NCBI RefSeq assembly: GCF_026571515.1
Contig: NW_026855289.1
Coordinates: forward strand, 62,001 to 126,000
Origin: Ruditapes philippinarum
Taxonomy: Eukaryota
Reading direction: 5' to 3'
DNA: 64,000 bases
Under the pieces are notes generated by a model that was given only the letters and a program-made list of their open reading frames with translations, was not told where the DNA came from and did not search any database. The first letter of the stretch is position 1. The number at the start of each line of letters is the position of its first letter. Positions 29,354 through 41,520 of this stretch are shown here, in pieces. The translations under genes and the position numbers were made by a program.

Positions 29354-32300
29354 ATGTTGTCATTCTTTCAGCGCATTTTAGATTGGTTTAAGAGTCTGTT
29401 TTGGAAGGAGGAAATGGAATTGACTCTTGTTGGTCTACAGTACTCAGGGAAAACTACATTTGTTAACGTTATTGCTGTAAGAGTATTCCTGAAATTATTA
29501 CAATTGTTACCCCACCCACATTTTCCGACAGCTGTCAATTTGGGTCCATATTACATTTTACTGTAAAGATCTTTTTTAATTGGTGTGTTAGTCTGGATCC
29601 AGACATTGAATAAGAGGTATTGAGGTTTTTTATAAGAAATAAATCATGCATTAATTTAGATCAATTTAATCTAGTGTGAAAATACTAAACAGTGGAAAAA
29701 AAAGAATTATGGTGGTTTCGGCGAAGGAAGTGGCTAGCCGTACGGCTAGCCAGGACTCACTGTATTGTCAAGCCCTACGGCACTTTTCAAGATTATATGG
29801 AAGTCAAACATGCATATGTTATTTTATGACTTTAAGCCAAGAAACAGCAATTGTCTTCGTATGTTTAAATTTTTAGGTTTGAATTTTCAATATCTTGTCT
29901 TTAATTGCATGAAAATGTGTGATAAACCACGATAATTGGCGTGCTCATTATACAACAGATATTGTTTGCACTATATAAATTAAGTTCGCCGAAACCACTA
30001 CCTGTTTTATTGTATATAAGATCAGTTCGCCTAACCGGTAGTTCGATGAAACCACTCTCACCCGAAAAAATAGGTATAATGAGTAAATGCAAGCAGGATG
30101 TTTCGACACCAAGCAAAATCGGCCCCTGTGCAAAAATCAGCCCCAAGAAGTTTCAGCCCTTTTCCATGAGACGTTTCGACTATTTGATGACATTAAAAAG
30201 GAAATTTTATTCTTGACTAACTATATGTTAGTTTACACCTTGTAAAAATAGTAAAAAATGTGAAAGTTTCACATTCATTTCATTCAGAGAGTGATTGATT
30301 CTCTATTTCAGTCTGGCCAGTTTAGTGAAGACATGATACCAACAGTCGGGTTCAACATGAGAAAGATAAGCAAAGGAAATGTCACAATTAAAGTAAGCAT
30401 ATCATCTTTAGTACCAACATTATAGATTATCTCGTTCTGGTAAATTATCTTGCTCCAGTAGATTGTTTCATTATGGTACATTATCTCATTGCGGTAGATT
30501 ATCTCATTCCGGTAGATTATCTCATTGTGGTAGAATGTTTCATTGCAGTAGATTATCTTGTTAAGAACAAGGTAGATTATCTCATTAAGGTAGATTATCT
30601 CATTAAGGTAGATTATCTCATTATGGTATCTCATTAAGTACACGGGTATAACAAAGTTTTGCTGTCAAAGTTACTACGAGAATAGAAGACTCTGAGAGAA
30701 TACAGATTAATTTTTATATAATGTGATTAGTAATTAATATGTAACTTGTAACATGTTTAAATATAATTCCCCTATAATAATTCAGTAGCTGACGCAATAA
30801 AAACAAGAGATGTTGCATCTTTCATTGTCTTTCATGGACAAAGTGCAGACAATCAAGCAGTCTGTGATTTACACTTTATTATCTTGAAGTAGTCTTCCTT
30901 CCTGTCATAGGATCTGTTCATTCACATAGATACATGTACATGTATATTTGTTTTGTTGGTACATCAAGTCCCGCTGGGCCAGATGATTTATATTCTAACA
31001 TATATTTTAGTTATGGGATATTGGGGGCCAGCCAAGGTTCAGAAGCATGTGGGAGAGGTACTGCCGAGGGGTAAATGCTATAGTGTAAGTCTTACATACA
31101 TAGTGCTTTCTATAAAGTCTGATTATGATGTATAAATTTTTAAGTAGGAAGACATAAAATACTTTGAATTGTTGTATTGAATACATCCATTAAATATTGT
31201 AAGTTGTAAGTATTGTTGATTGTATGATTTTGTATCTGCACCGAATAGGTCTTATAACAAGTGTTGTTTATATTGAAATGGGTATTAATTATACTGAAAC
31301 AGATATTGTTTACATTGAAACAGATATTTATTATAGTGAAACAAGTTTTGAAATAGACATTATTTATATGGAAACAAGTGTTGTTTATATTGACACAGAT
31401 ACTGTTGTATTGAACCAGGTGTTGTTTATATTGAAACAGGTGTTGTTTGTATTGAAACAGGTGTTGTATATTGAAACAGGTATATGGTTGATGCTGCCGA
31501 TCATGACAAAATTGAAGCATCGAGAAATGAACTACACAATTTATTAGACAAACCACAGTTACAAGGTATTCCGGTGTTAGTTCTAGGTAATAAACGGGAC
31601 CTGCCAGGTGCATTAGATGAAAAACAGCTCATTGATCAAATGTAAGTACATGTATTTCTTGCATATCAGACAGGAATATTTATTGTTTACACTGGTACTA
31701 GAAAAACCTGTCTTACACCTTCCATGTTAGACAAGTCACATGCTTTAAATGACGTCAATCCCTTGAGAATTTTATGAATGAATTGCGTTCTTAGAATGAC
31801 ATCATTTTGCCGTTAGGAAGTTGAAAGTCCATATGCTACTTGAAGATATAAGTGCTTAATGAAAATATTACTTTTACTGTATTTTCTTTCCTAATAATGA
31901 TTAATATGCCATATGCAAGGAAAAGAATCGAACACCGGCTGTCGTCACAGACACAAATATCTCGCTCTTGGGTAACTGTTTAGCTCATTAGATTTAATAC
32001 GCTAGTTCAAACTCTTAAATATACATGTTCACTAATGGTTTGTATTTATTGAGAGAATGACATTTGTATTTTCTTTCAGTTTATTTTCTGTCACATTTTG
32101 TATGTCTATTTCTGTGGCACCCCTTTTAAGTTATTTTGATAGAGGAAAAAAACACCAATAGATTTTATATGTTTTGTTTGTGGGTATATACACAAGCATA
32201 ACTATTTAATAAGTGCAATTTTATATCTTGTAAGTTGCAGCGTTTTCTGGAGGGGGGAGAATGTTGTATTTTCAGCTTGATTAAATTACATCATCAGATG

Positions 32301-35090
32301 TTATAAAGAAACTGTTTAGCCTCGAACATTAATACTATACCCAGACAGGCTGATTCTTTATTGCGCAGTATTTAATACAGTAGATTAAGATTAATTTCCA
32401 CAGAAATGTCATGCTACAGAAATCTATAACATACTGTTGTAATTTGTAATAGTGAACAATAAATCAATATTTTATATATCAGCAATATTAAAAGAGCATT
32501 TGATTGATTTCAAAGGTGAAAGCTTTATTAATAGATTTAAACTACAATTATATGGCTTATACTAGGTTATGCATGACTTCTCCCTAGATTTGACAAATTC
32601 TCCCTATTTATTTTGTAGGGAGTAGTCATTACTCTTTTAAATGACAATATCAATTTAGTCAATGGAACTTTGTTAGTCTTGTTAGTTGAATTGTTTTACA
32701 AATAATTGACTTGAAACATATGAAAATATTGTTTTTAAATAATTTTTATTTGCAATTGCTTGATTTCATTATGAAATTATGGAAAATATTCCAACAAACA
32801 AGAGATTTGATTTCATTGAAAAAGTATTGAAATTTATCCAAGAATAACATTTTCAGAAATACATATGAATTTTACTTTATCTTACCAGTAAGACTCTCAT
32901 AAGCTACGGCCGAAAAAGTCCCCTTGTGTCTGTTTTTAAATAATAACTGCAAAAAGTGCTAAATTAAGGATTTTCATTTTTTCCCATGTACGTCTTTATA
33001 TAATGTTTAAACATTGGTATAGAATGTCATAGACAAGTTTTCTTAGACATATGTTTAAAGTGTCACAGACTAATTTTCTCAGGGCATGATTGACTTGATA
33101 AATTAGCATTTAATTCCCATAGTAGCTATTGGACATTCACTGGAATCTCAGAAATCCTTGATTAAAATAATACCAGCAATATTCTGGTCAATATTTAGAT
33201 TCCTGTGTCAACATTGGTATCAAATATTGACAATTGCGACATGGGCGTGTTTGCTGGGACGAGGTAGTCATTGATTTATTCATTGTAAATGATCGAACAA
33301 TATTATAAATACGGTGTGTAGTTTATAAAGACAATTGATTTCCTGATTTGATCATTTCCTGTATGGGTTCTTTAACAATGGATTTTATCAACGTCTTGAA
33401 TGGATCCTGGTCATGAATTTTGTTAAATTAAAAAAAAAGAAGAAACATAGTCAAAGCCAAATTATGAATTTTTGGAAGTGTTTTGGAATTTTTATACTCA
33501 AATTTGAGGGAAAATGAATATTTTGTTGTGTTTGATTCATTTTCTGTTATGAATTCAACATTAAACAAACACACCCATATGATTTCCTAGACTTTGTTGT
33601 TCATTAAAGTAGTATCAAATGATTTATGTCTATAAAATTAGCATATTGTTGTTGTTGTTTTTTTAATTGGTTGTGCATTGTTTGTACACATTTTTTTGTA
33701 TAACCTTTGTTTTCTCTTTTTTCTCCAGGAATTTATCTGCTATCCAAGATAGAGAAATTTGCTGCTATTCAATATCATGCAAAGAAAAAGAAAATATAGG
33801 TCAGTATAAAATATGGGAAGTGCCTGCTCAGATTTCCCCTCTAGAATCAACACAATATTAAATTATAAAGAAAAAGAGACGCTTCCTGCCACTCCTGATT
33901 TGTAAAATGGCCTTGCCCTGCTTTGAATTTGGAACTGTCCATTGTTATTTTAGGTGATTTTGGTATCAGAATGCTAAAACAAGTGCAGCCAGTAATGTTA
34001 TAATTGAGCTGTGCCATCACAAAACCAACATAGATTGTTTGGGACCAGCATGGATCCAGATCAGCCTGCGCATCCACACAGTCTGATCAGGATCCATGCT
34101 GGTCGCAAACGCACTATGTTGGTTTGTCATGGCTCGTCTCAATTATTATGTCTGGTCACATTACACAGAATTGCAGACTGGCCAGGACATATACTGGTTG
34201 CATAGGTACATGTATATCATTAAGGTCAAAGTTGTTCAGACGGTTACCAACTACATGTATGGTTCAAGATATTAGATCTGAGAATTCAAAATAGCTCTGT
34301 GTATATTTGGATTCCAGTGTCATTTTGTAATCAAATATAAACAAATTGACAAGGGCATTTTTGCTATGACAAAGCAGCCATTGATTCAAATTATCCATTA
34401 TAAATGATTGAACATAGTCTAATGTCTGTTTTTCAATACTTTCCCAGCTAGCCATTGTTTTAGATCAGTGTATTAAATTAGCCATATAAATAATAGTATG
34501 TATGTATGTCTCAGGTAAATAAAAGGTAAATTTTCTTCATTTATCCCTGAACTAAATTACTTGTTAAAACTGAAAGTATTCAGCATTTGCTACCAGTCAG
34601 GCTAGCCTACAAATCAGGCTCTATACTGTTGGTAGCTATATTTTGATAAATCAAATCAATTACTTAAATCAGTAGGTTAAAAGCTAATTACAGTTTAATT
34701 AGTGAAATTACTATTACAGTTCACTTAGTGAAATTACTATTACAGTTCACTAAGTCAATTTACTATAACAGTTCACTTAGTTAAATTACTCTTACAGCTC
34801 ACTTTGTTAAATTACTCTTACAGTTCACTTAGTGAAATTACAATTTCAATTCACTTGGCGAAATTACAATTACAGTTCACTCTGTGAAATTACTATTACA
34901 CTTCAGAATGTAATTGTTAAAATTTAATGTAATACAGTAACACTAATAAATATGACAAAGTACGACATTTGCTCTAGAACACTTGTTGAATATTTGTGAA
35001 TGTAATAAACCTACTCAAAATATAATTCACTATTCCTCCATTTCAGACATCACATTACAGTGGTTGATACAGCATTCCAAAGGTCATTAA
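29354..35090 (+). CDS. ARL8: ADP-ribosylation factor-like protein 8 (lysosomal small GTPase); join(29354..29476,30312..30392,31011..31084,31480..31641,33729..33799,35047..35090), 184 aa
   Basis: [41 protein letters not shown]|[27 protein letters not shown]|[25 protein letters not shown]|[54 protein letters not shown]|[24 protein letters not shown]|[13 protein letters not shown]. 555 nt, all GT-AG in phase. Confidence 0.97.
30420..30640 (+). repeat. 18-bp minisatellite (GGTAGATTATCTCATTnn)
   Basis: GGTAGA at 30493, 30511, 30529; about 12 units starting ~30 nt after the ARL8 exon 2 donor. Confidence 0.9.
31255..31479 (+). repeat. ~21-bp minisatellite (GTGTTGTTTATATTGAAACAG) ending in the ARL8 exon 4 acceptor
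   Basis: Units start at 31419, 31440 and 31461, with degenerate ones upstream. The AG of the last unit (31478..31479) is the in-frame acceptor. Confidence 0.9.
34006..34140. mobile_element. Palindromic MITE, Sola-like, internally deleted copy 2
   Basis: GAGCTGTGCCATCACAAAACCAACATAG...ATGTTGGTTTGTCATGGCTCGTCTC, flanked by AATT/AATT. Confidence 0.8.
34695..34905 (+). repeat. 26-bp minisatellite (TTAGTGAAATTACTATTACAGTTCAC)
   Basis: AGTGAAATTA at 34701, 34727 and onward; about 8 units in ARL8 intron 5. Confidence 0.9.
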
Positions 35091-37344
35091 AGTTTGGGTA
35101 CCAGTCATTTCTATACAGTCATTTCACAGCAATATTTCATCATCCATACTAAAAAAAGCTGGGATACAGTCTGCATGAAACACAAATTTGCCAAGTTAGC
35201 TCTTGAAATACTTCATTTGACAAAAACAGGGTTGAAAAGCCAACTAGAGGAAGTTTACAGAGCTGTATTACCTGATAATAAAGTTGTCTTAAAACTTGAG
35301 AAATCATTCTTGAATAGAAAATTTGCCAGAATTGTCATTTAAGAATTTTAAAAAAACACATTTTTATGATATAAAAAATCATCATTATACTAGTAATTGA
35401 ATGGTGCACTTCGCTGCCATGTTTGATTTCATTGAAGACTAGTTTACTGTTGAACATTTTCCAAAGAATTAGTGTTAATTGAACGATAATTAGATTGTTT
35501 GTGTGAAGAAGTTTCCTGTATTTGTCATAAAAAGTAGATTTTTTATGATGATTTAACCTGAATGAGTTTTTTTCCAAGGTTATAATTATATGGTATAGAT
35601 TTTTAGGGCCTATTCTGTAAGTTTGTGTTAGTAATTGTAAAATTACACTCTGTAATTGTTGAATTACTGTAATTGTTGAATAACATATTGTAAATGATGA
35701 ATTACACTCTGTAATTTTTCCATTACACACTGTTTTCTGTCCCATGATGTTTAAACTAAGAATTACTTCATTTCCTAAGGGTCTGTGAACTTTTTAACCT
35801 TTATTTCATGGCAGATTGATAAACATCAGTATTTCTATAAAAGAAAATGTTACCATTTTTTTTTGTTATTAAAGCTTAAGAAGGTCCCTTATTAATGTGA
35901 CTTCTAAACATTTTCATTTAATTCCTATTTTGCGTGGGTTCATAGAACAAAATATGTATAAATTATTGTAGATTATAATTATGAATAGATTATATTTACA
36001 TATTTGGCACAATGTTAGTATGAGAGTGTTTATTGTATGAAAGAGGAGGAGTGTTATTTATTAATGAGTGAAAAAGAATGTATTATTAAAGATGAACCAA
36101 TTTTTTTACTCTCTTTTTTTTCCCTTTCTTGATACAGTTATAAATTGAAATAATTTTTTTTTATCAAGATTTATTGGGTTAGTCTGTTCACTTGATGTAA
36201 ATTGTTACAATGTAACAATGAATAGTGAGCGATGTATTAAAAGCAGTGTGGTTTTTGTTAAAATTTTTTTTAGTCACAAATCTTAGCCAAATAGTAATAT
36301 GCCAACCAAAAGTGAGTGATTTGAATGGGACAATTTATTGGTAGAGCTCTACTTGTTAAATATTCACAAACGGAAAATGCTTCTTAATTGACTGTTATGT
36401 TCTTAAGTGGGTATTGACAAAGATTCTTACATAAAACAAGCACTCTTAATGTTAAAGGTACATTTATGTCACTGCAACATCAATTAATAACCATTTATTA
36501 TTTAATGTAAATAATTTCTGGTGAAAAATGCATCCATAATGCCATAGATTTAATAATTATATGATTATTAGCCTAATACTCATTTTAATGTACGAAACAT
36601 ACCCAAATGTTAACAAAGCGTCAGGAACTGACTTATGAATGATACCAGTGTATTACAGAACATTTGGGATCGCTGGCTGATGAAATATGTAAACACAATC
36701 TGTATTTTGACATCTTTCTTATATACTTATTGGCTTTTTTCTGAAATTAATTTCAAGACTAAGAAGTTTTTGAAATGAGAAATAAGTAAATGAGTAAATC
36801 ATTCCCTTCTTATGTTTTGTAATAAAAATATATGATGTCTTTGAGAATATATAGGACTAAAAGTACTGTACAAATACTAGTAAATACTAGTTGTTTTTTT
36901 TGTCCCTTTACCTTCCTCTTTTAAAGGTAATATATATTTGACAGATTTCATTTAAATTTAAGCTTAATTTTCAATTTTCTTCAATCTTTTTATTGCAAAA
37001 GTGCTGTTTATAATGCATTCCAGTTTTATGTTTATGCTTCATGTGTTAATGAAAGTTTTCAGTTATATCGTGGAAACTGTAGTTGGATGGAGTATCGCAT
37101 TTCTATATGATTATAATGGTCAGTAATTTTTAGGCAAGTTTTCATGTAAAGATTAGTAGATATATGAATGAATATCGATTATTACGATAATTTAGAGGGT
37201 TATTCATAATAAATAGAAGTCTGATGATAATATCACATCTGTATAGCTGTTAGACTGGCCAGAACTTGTTTTGTCTTGCCCTTTTATGTTGAAATCCCAC
37301 CTAGAAACATGGCACAGAGATTGCTAAATGATACCAAAGTGTCC

Positions 37345-37628
37345 ATCTTGGCTTCACTTTCCTACACTTTTGCTACAATTGATGTCACGTTGGCTTCAGT
37401 TGATGTCACTTTGGCTTCACTTGATGTCATTTTGGTTTCACTTCTTCAATTGATGTCACATTGTTTTCAGTTGATGTCTCTATGACTTCAGTCAATGTCT
37501 ATTTAGCTTCAGTTAATATTGCTTTGACTTCTGTTGATATCTCTTTGGTTTCAGTTACTGTCTGTTGTCACTTTGGTTTAACAGGCGTCACTTTGGCTCC
37601 AGTTGATGTCACTTTGGCTTCATTTGAT
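37345..37628 (+). repeat. 21-bp degenerate minisatellite (GTTGATGTCACTTTGGCTTCA)
   Basis: GATGTCA at 37381, 37402, 37423; downstream of the ARL8 stop, possibly in a long 3' UTR. Confidence 0.85.
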
Positions 37629-39189
37629 TTATTGAAAAAAAAATTGGAATGATCTACTCTAGTTTGAGCCATTTAGTCCACATTAGATTATGCCTTCTTT
37701 AGCTATATTGGAACACATGGTGTAACCTAGAAAAAATATTTAACTAGTAAATGCCTTGAATTCCTCGCTTGCATATTTTGTTGCATTGTTGTTTATTGTC
37801 ATTCGTAACTTGGTTACGTTTGATAATGATGAAATGACATTATTATAATACTCATTGCTTTTACCCTGTAGATCAACCAAATCATTTTGTATATGTTTGG
37901 GCTAGTTTGCAATCATTTCTTTATATCTAAAGTGCTAAGTTAGGAAATTATTTTTTTTAAAATCTAGTTCATGATCACTACTAAGTGGCCTAGTGGTTAT
38001 AAGGTCACTGGCCTCTTTTTAACTTGTTCATCATCACTGTCAAGTTTGAATCCTGGATGGAACACATGTGATTAAAATCATCATTTGTTGCGTGTGAGAT
38101 GAAATCAGGAGAATGATGGCTCTTTAAAATTGCCTGCATGTTACTAAGAATATTCGTAGATTAGCCTTGATTATAAAAATTCTAATATTAACAGGCGGGT
38201 AAACGTCATTGGCAATGACTTATTATTACTTAAAGCAAAGACCCAACCAACACTCATGAGATATGACTTGTACTTTTATATCAAGGCAAACCAAAATGTT
38301 AGCCCAATTATGTTGTAGAAATAGCATTTATTAAACGTTAAGCTAACCTGTCTGTTTGATAAGTTATGTTTGAAACCATTTTTAATTGTAAGAACAAATT
38401 TGTAGCTCAGATTTTTCATGTTTTCATATTTATAAGTAACGTTTTAAGGGGACTTATAAATGTGCATATTTTCATGTGTGGGATCAGAAACTGTTTTTTA
38501 TCAATTTGAATATAAGTTAAGTTATACTTAAAAACGTTATATATACATGTATGTTATAAAAGATGTAAATGAAGATCAATTTAGTGCCATAGGCCAGGAA
38601 CTTGTGACTTTTTGTTAAAATCTTTTTTCTTTTTTTTTTAAACTTTGGTGCAGTTGAGTTTATATTTATTTATCTCTTGTTTCTTTTTATTAAGAGAAGT
38701 TATGAACTTCTTTGTACAGTGCAACAATGAAATATGCTTTGAAAAGAATATAGTGTTAGTAGCTTAAAATTTTGTATTATAATATTGAAATCCCTTGAAC
38801 TTTGAATGGACTGTTCTAAATTCAAAACAGGGCAAATCTATTATACAATTTCAGTGGGATATGGGTTTTAACTTAACATTAAATGAAATTTAGAGTGGAA
38901 AAATTACTAATTAAGTATCACAGAATATAGATTTTTTTTATTGCTGTTTAGTGGAATTTATTTTGTGTGCATTTTTTTTTCACGTTTATTTAACAAAATT
39001 ACCGTCAGTTTGTTTTGCTTAGATCATAATTTTGCACTCATTATCAGTGTAAATGTTGTACACTCATAGAACTATATAACCAATGAAATATTTTTATTCT
39101 CAAATCCAAAGTTTATCAAATAAATGCACATTTGTATTCTAGTTTAAAGCTCTATCAATGATTATTGATAATGATTGTAGCAGGAATGT

Positions 39190-39360
39190 AATAACCCTTA
39201 CCTCACTAAATATCTTAAATGGACTTGTCCATCTTTCAATCTGGACAAAACCATTCATCATCTTAGGGAAAATTTCAAAATACTGATAGAATAGCGGACA
39301 GTGCCTGGGGATCTTGGTTTGCAAAGGTTACATGAGTAAAATCTGTTGGCTAAGGGTAAA
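39190..39360. mobile_element. Short dispersed MITE-like repeat (TAACCCTTA...TAAGGGT ends)
   Basis: Core AAATGGACTTGTCCATCTTTCAAT-TGGACA. Related fragments at ~33895, ~38790, ~51445 and ~56035. Confidence 0.5.
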
Positions 39361-41232
39361 AAATATTAATACGGGGTAGTCAAAGGCCGGGTGACTGTGA
39401 AGCGGGTCCTGGCTTTGGCTTGCTCGGCTATAAAAACAAACAATATTAAGAATTCTATACCTATCAATAAAATTTTCAGTGTCAGTTCTAGTTTTAAATA
39501 ACTTCACCGTTCATAGGGTTTGCCTTATTTCATATTTGAAATAAAGCATATTACAAAATTAGGTATTAGGTAGACATTAGTTTGTTTTGTTTTTTGCAAC
39601 AGATAAATGCAAGGGAAGGAAGCAATGGAATTAATGCATTATGTATGGTTGGAATTGTCTCCCTTATGTTAAATGCCTATTATTCTCCAGAGTTATTTCT
39701 CCTCTTTTTGAATTTTCTTTTGAGATAATGCCATGAACTAAGTTTTGTAATTTGCATATTAAGCTAAATTGTATATAGATTATGTATAATAAATTCAAAT
39801 TTTCCTTCACTACCCAATTCTAAGCTTGATAGAAATGAATCGTTTATTGAAAAGAAATTGTTTTGTTTATGGGTTTAGCTGTTGTTTTAAATTTTTCATT
39901 TTTGATTTGATAGTAATTGTTGTACCATTATTATTTCTTGTAAAAGCTATGTCATATTTGTGATATTAAAATTATCAATTATTGCATATTTGCTGTTGTT
40001 TTGTTTATATAAATAACTGTTATTTGATTGGTTCTTTGTTAAGAAATGCTGCTTTCTGTAGTGTAAGTTTGAATGATAAGACCATATAAGAAGGCTTATT
40101 TATTAAGCTTTAGAAATGAATATGTCTTTCGGAAAGGGGTCATATTATGTTTTGAAAGGTTTTAAAACTTTTAATAGCGTTAATAAAGATTATAGAGCAT
40201 AATGGAGGCTTATCATGTCAAAAAAAAGCAACGTTGAAGTTAAAATTATGTGTCAAAATAGGAGCAAAACTTTAATTATGCACATTATGCATAAAAAATC
40301 CATCTTTATTAAATTACTTAAAAATGTTGAACATGTTTTTTAATAATGTTCTAATAATGGATTTAGAGCATGTTAGATGTTTAATAACTGAAGAAAGCAG
40401 CGCTAAATGTGTCATAAAAGTGGCAAAATGTAAACAATGTAGTATGTTGACTTCCATACGAAATACTAATTCACTATAATTATACCAAATGCAAACAAAG
40501 CAAAGATAGTTCTTGGATATATGGCAAATTAGTATTTTTTTGGAAACTGTAACAAGATACAAAAAAAATTAAAATTTAAAGATTTTTTTTGCGAAATAAA
40601 ATGATAGTATAGCATTTCTGGGGCATAATGGACCAATAAACAAAGTGGTATATTGTCTTCCATACAAATAAAATTCACAATAACTACTAATCATGTCTTA
40701 TAAGCAAAAGATAGTTCAGCTATACATTGTATTACCAGTGTTTATTTTCCACCAAATCCTGACAGGACACCAAAAATAAAAAGCTTTCCGCCAAAACAAA
40801 GCCACCACATTGACCTCGCAACGACGTGTGTACAGCTGCTTGGCTCATCTCCCATGCTATGCCATTAACTACCCCCCCCCCCCCCCCCCCCCCAGGGTTG
40901 CAGGAGCGTGGTTACAATAGACTGTAGCATAAATGTCATTTTATTCAGATTTATTTTATTCTCATAACCATGCAGCGGAAAAACTGTGGAGTGTACAGTT
41001 ATTTTTGTTAGTTAAATAACCTGATATCAATTGCTTTATATTAAGATAGTTTTAACAAGAAAACATAGGTCAAAGATGGTATATCGGTGTTATCTATAGA
41101 TCACGCGTGGTAATGGCCAGGTTTTATCAAATATCATTGCATATTATTCCAGCTGTCGCATAGATATATCATTGTACATTGTATGGTTCATTTTCTTTGT
41201 TTTATTAACTGTGCTAGTGTGTGTGTGTGGGG

Positions 41233-41520
41233 GGGGGGTGTCCGTGGCTGAATGGTTGATGTTAAGGTCGCTGACTTGAAACCACTTGCCCATAACCGCA
41301 GTGGGTTCGAGTCCCGACAGAAACTTTTGATTCATTTATGTAATGAAGCTATCCAGCTAACTTATGGAACGTTGGTGTTTCTTCTGAGGTGCCCGTTTGT
41401 GCCTGAAATAATGCACAGACTGACAGAGGGACACCTGAGGTCTTCCTCCACCAATAAAGCTGGAAAGTCGCCATATAACATATACTGTGTGTCGGTGCGA
41501 CGTAAAACCCAACCAAAAAA
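41233..41520 (+). mobile_element. tRNA-derived SINE, full length
   Basis: Head with A box GTGGCTGAATGG and B box GGGTTCGAGTCCC; body GAAGCTATCCAGCT...GGTGCCCGTTTGTGCCTGAAATAATGCAC...AAGCTGGAAAGTCGCCA; A-rich tail. Second copy inverted at 55467..55732. Confidence 0.85.

Noticed and set aside
30308-31613. ORFs 30308..30643, 31140..31613 and 31224..31547 as repeat proteins
   Set aside because: They arise from 18- and 21-bp minisatellites (multiples of 3) within ARL8 introns.
35091-39975. ~4.9-kb ARL8 3' UTR ending near ATTAAA at ~39965
   Set aside because: T-rich composition is suggestive, but several earlier poly(A) signals exist and the end cannot be fixed without transcripts.
40872-40893. 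Long poly-C run as a functional G-quadruplex or regulatory site
   Set aside because: A homopolymer within a probable repeat fragment; length is unreliable and there is no supporting context.
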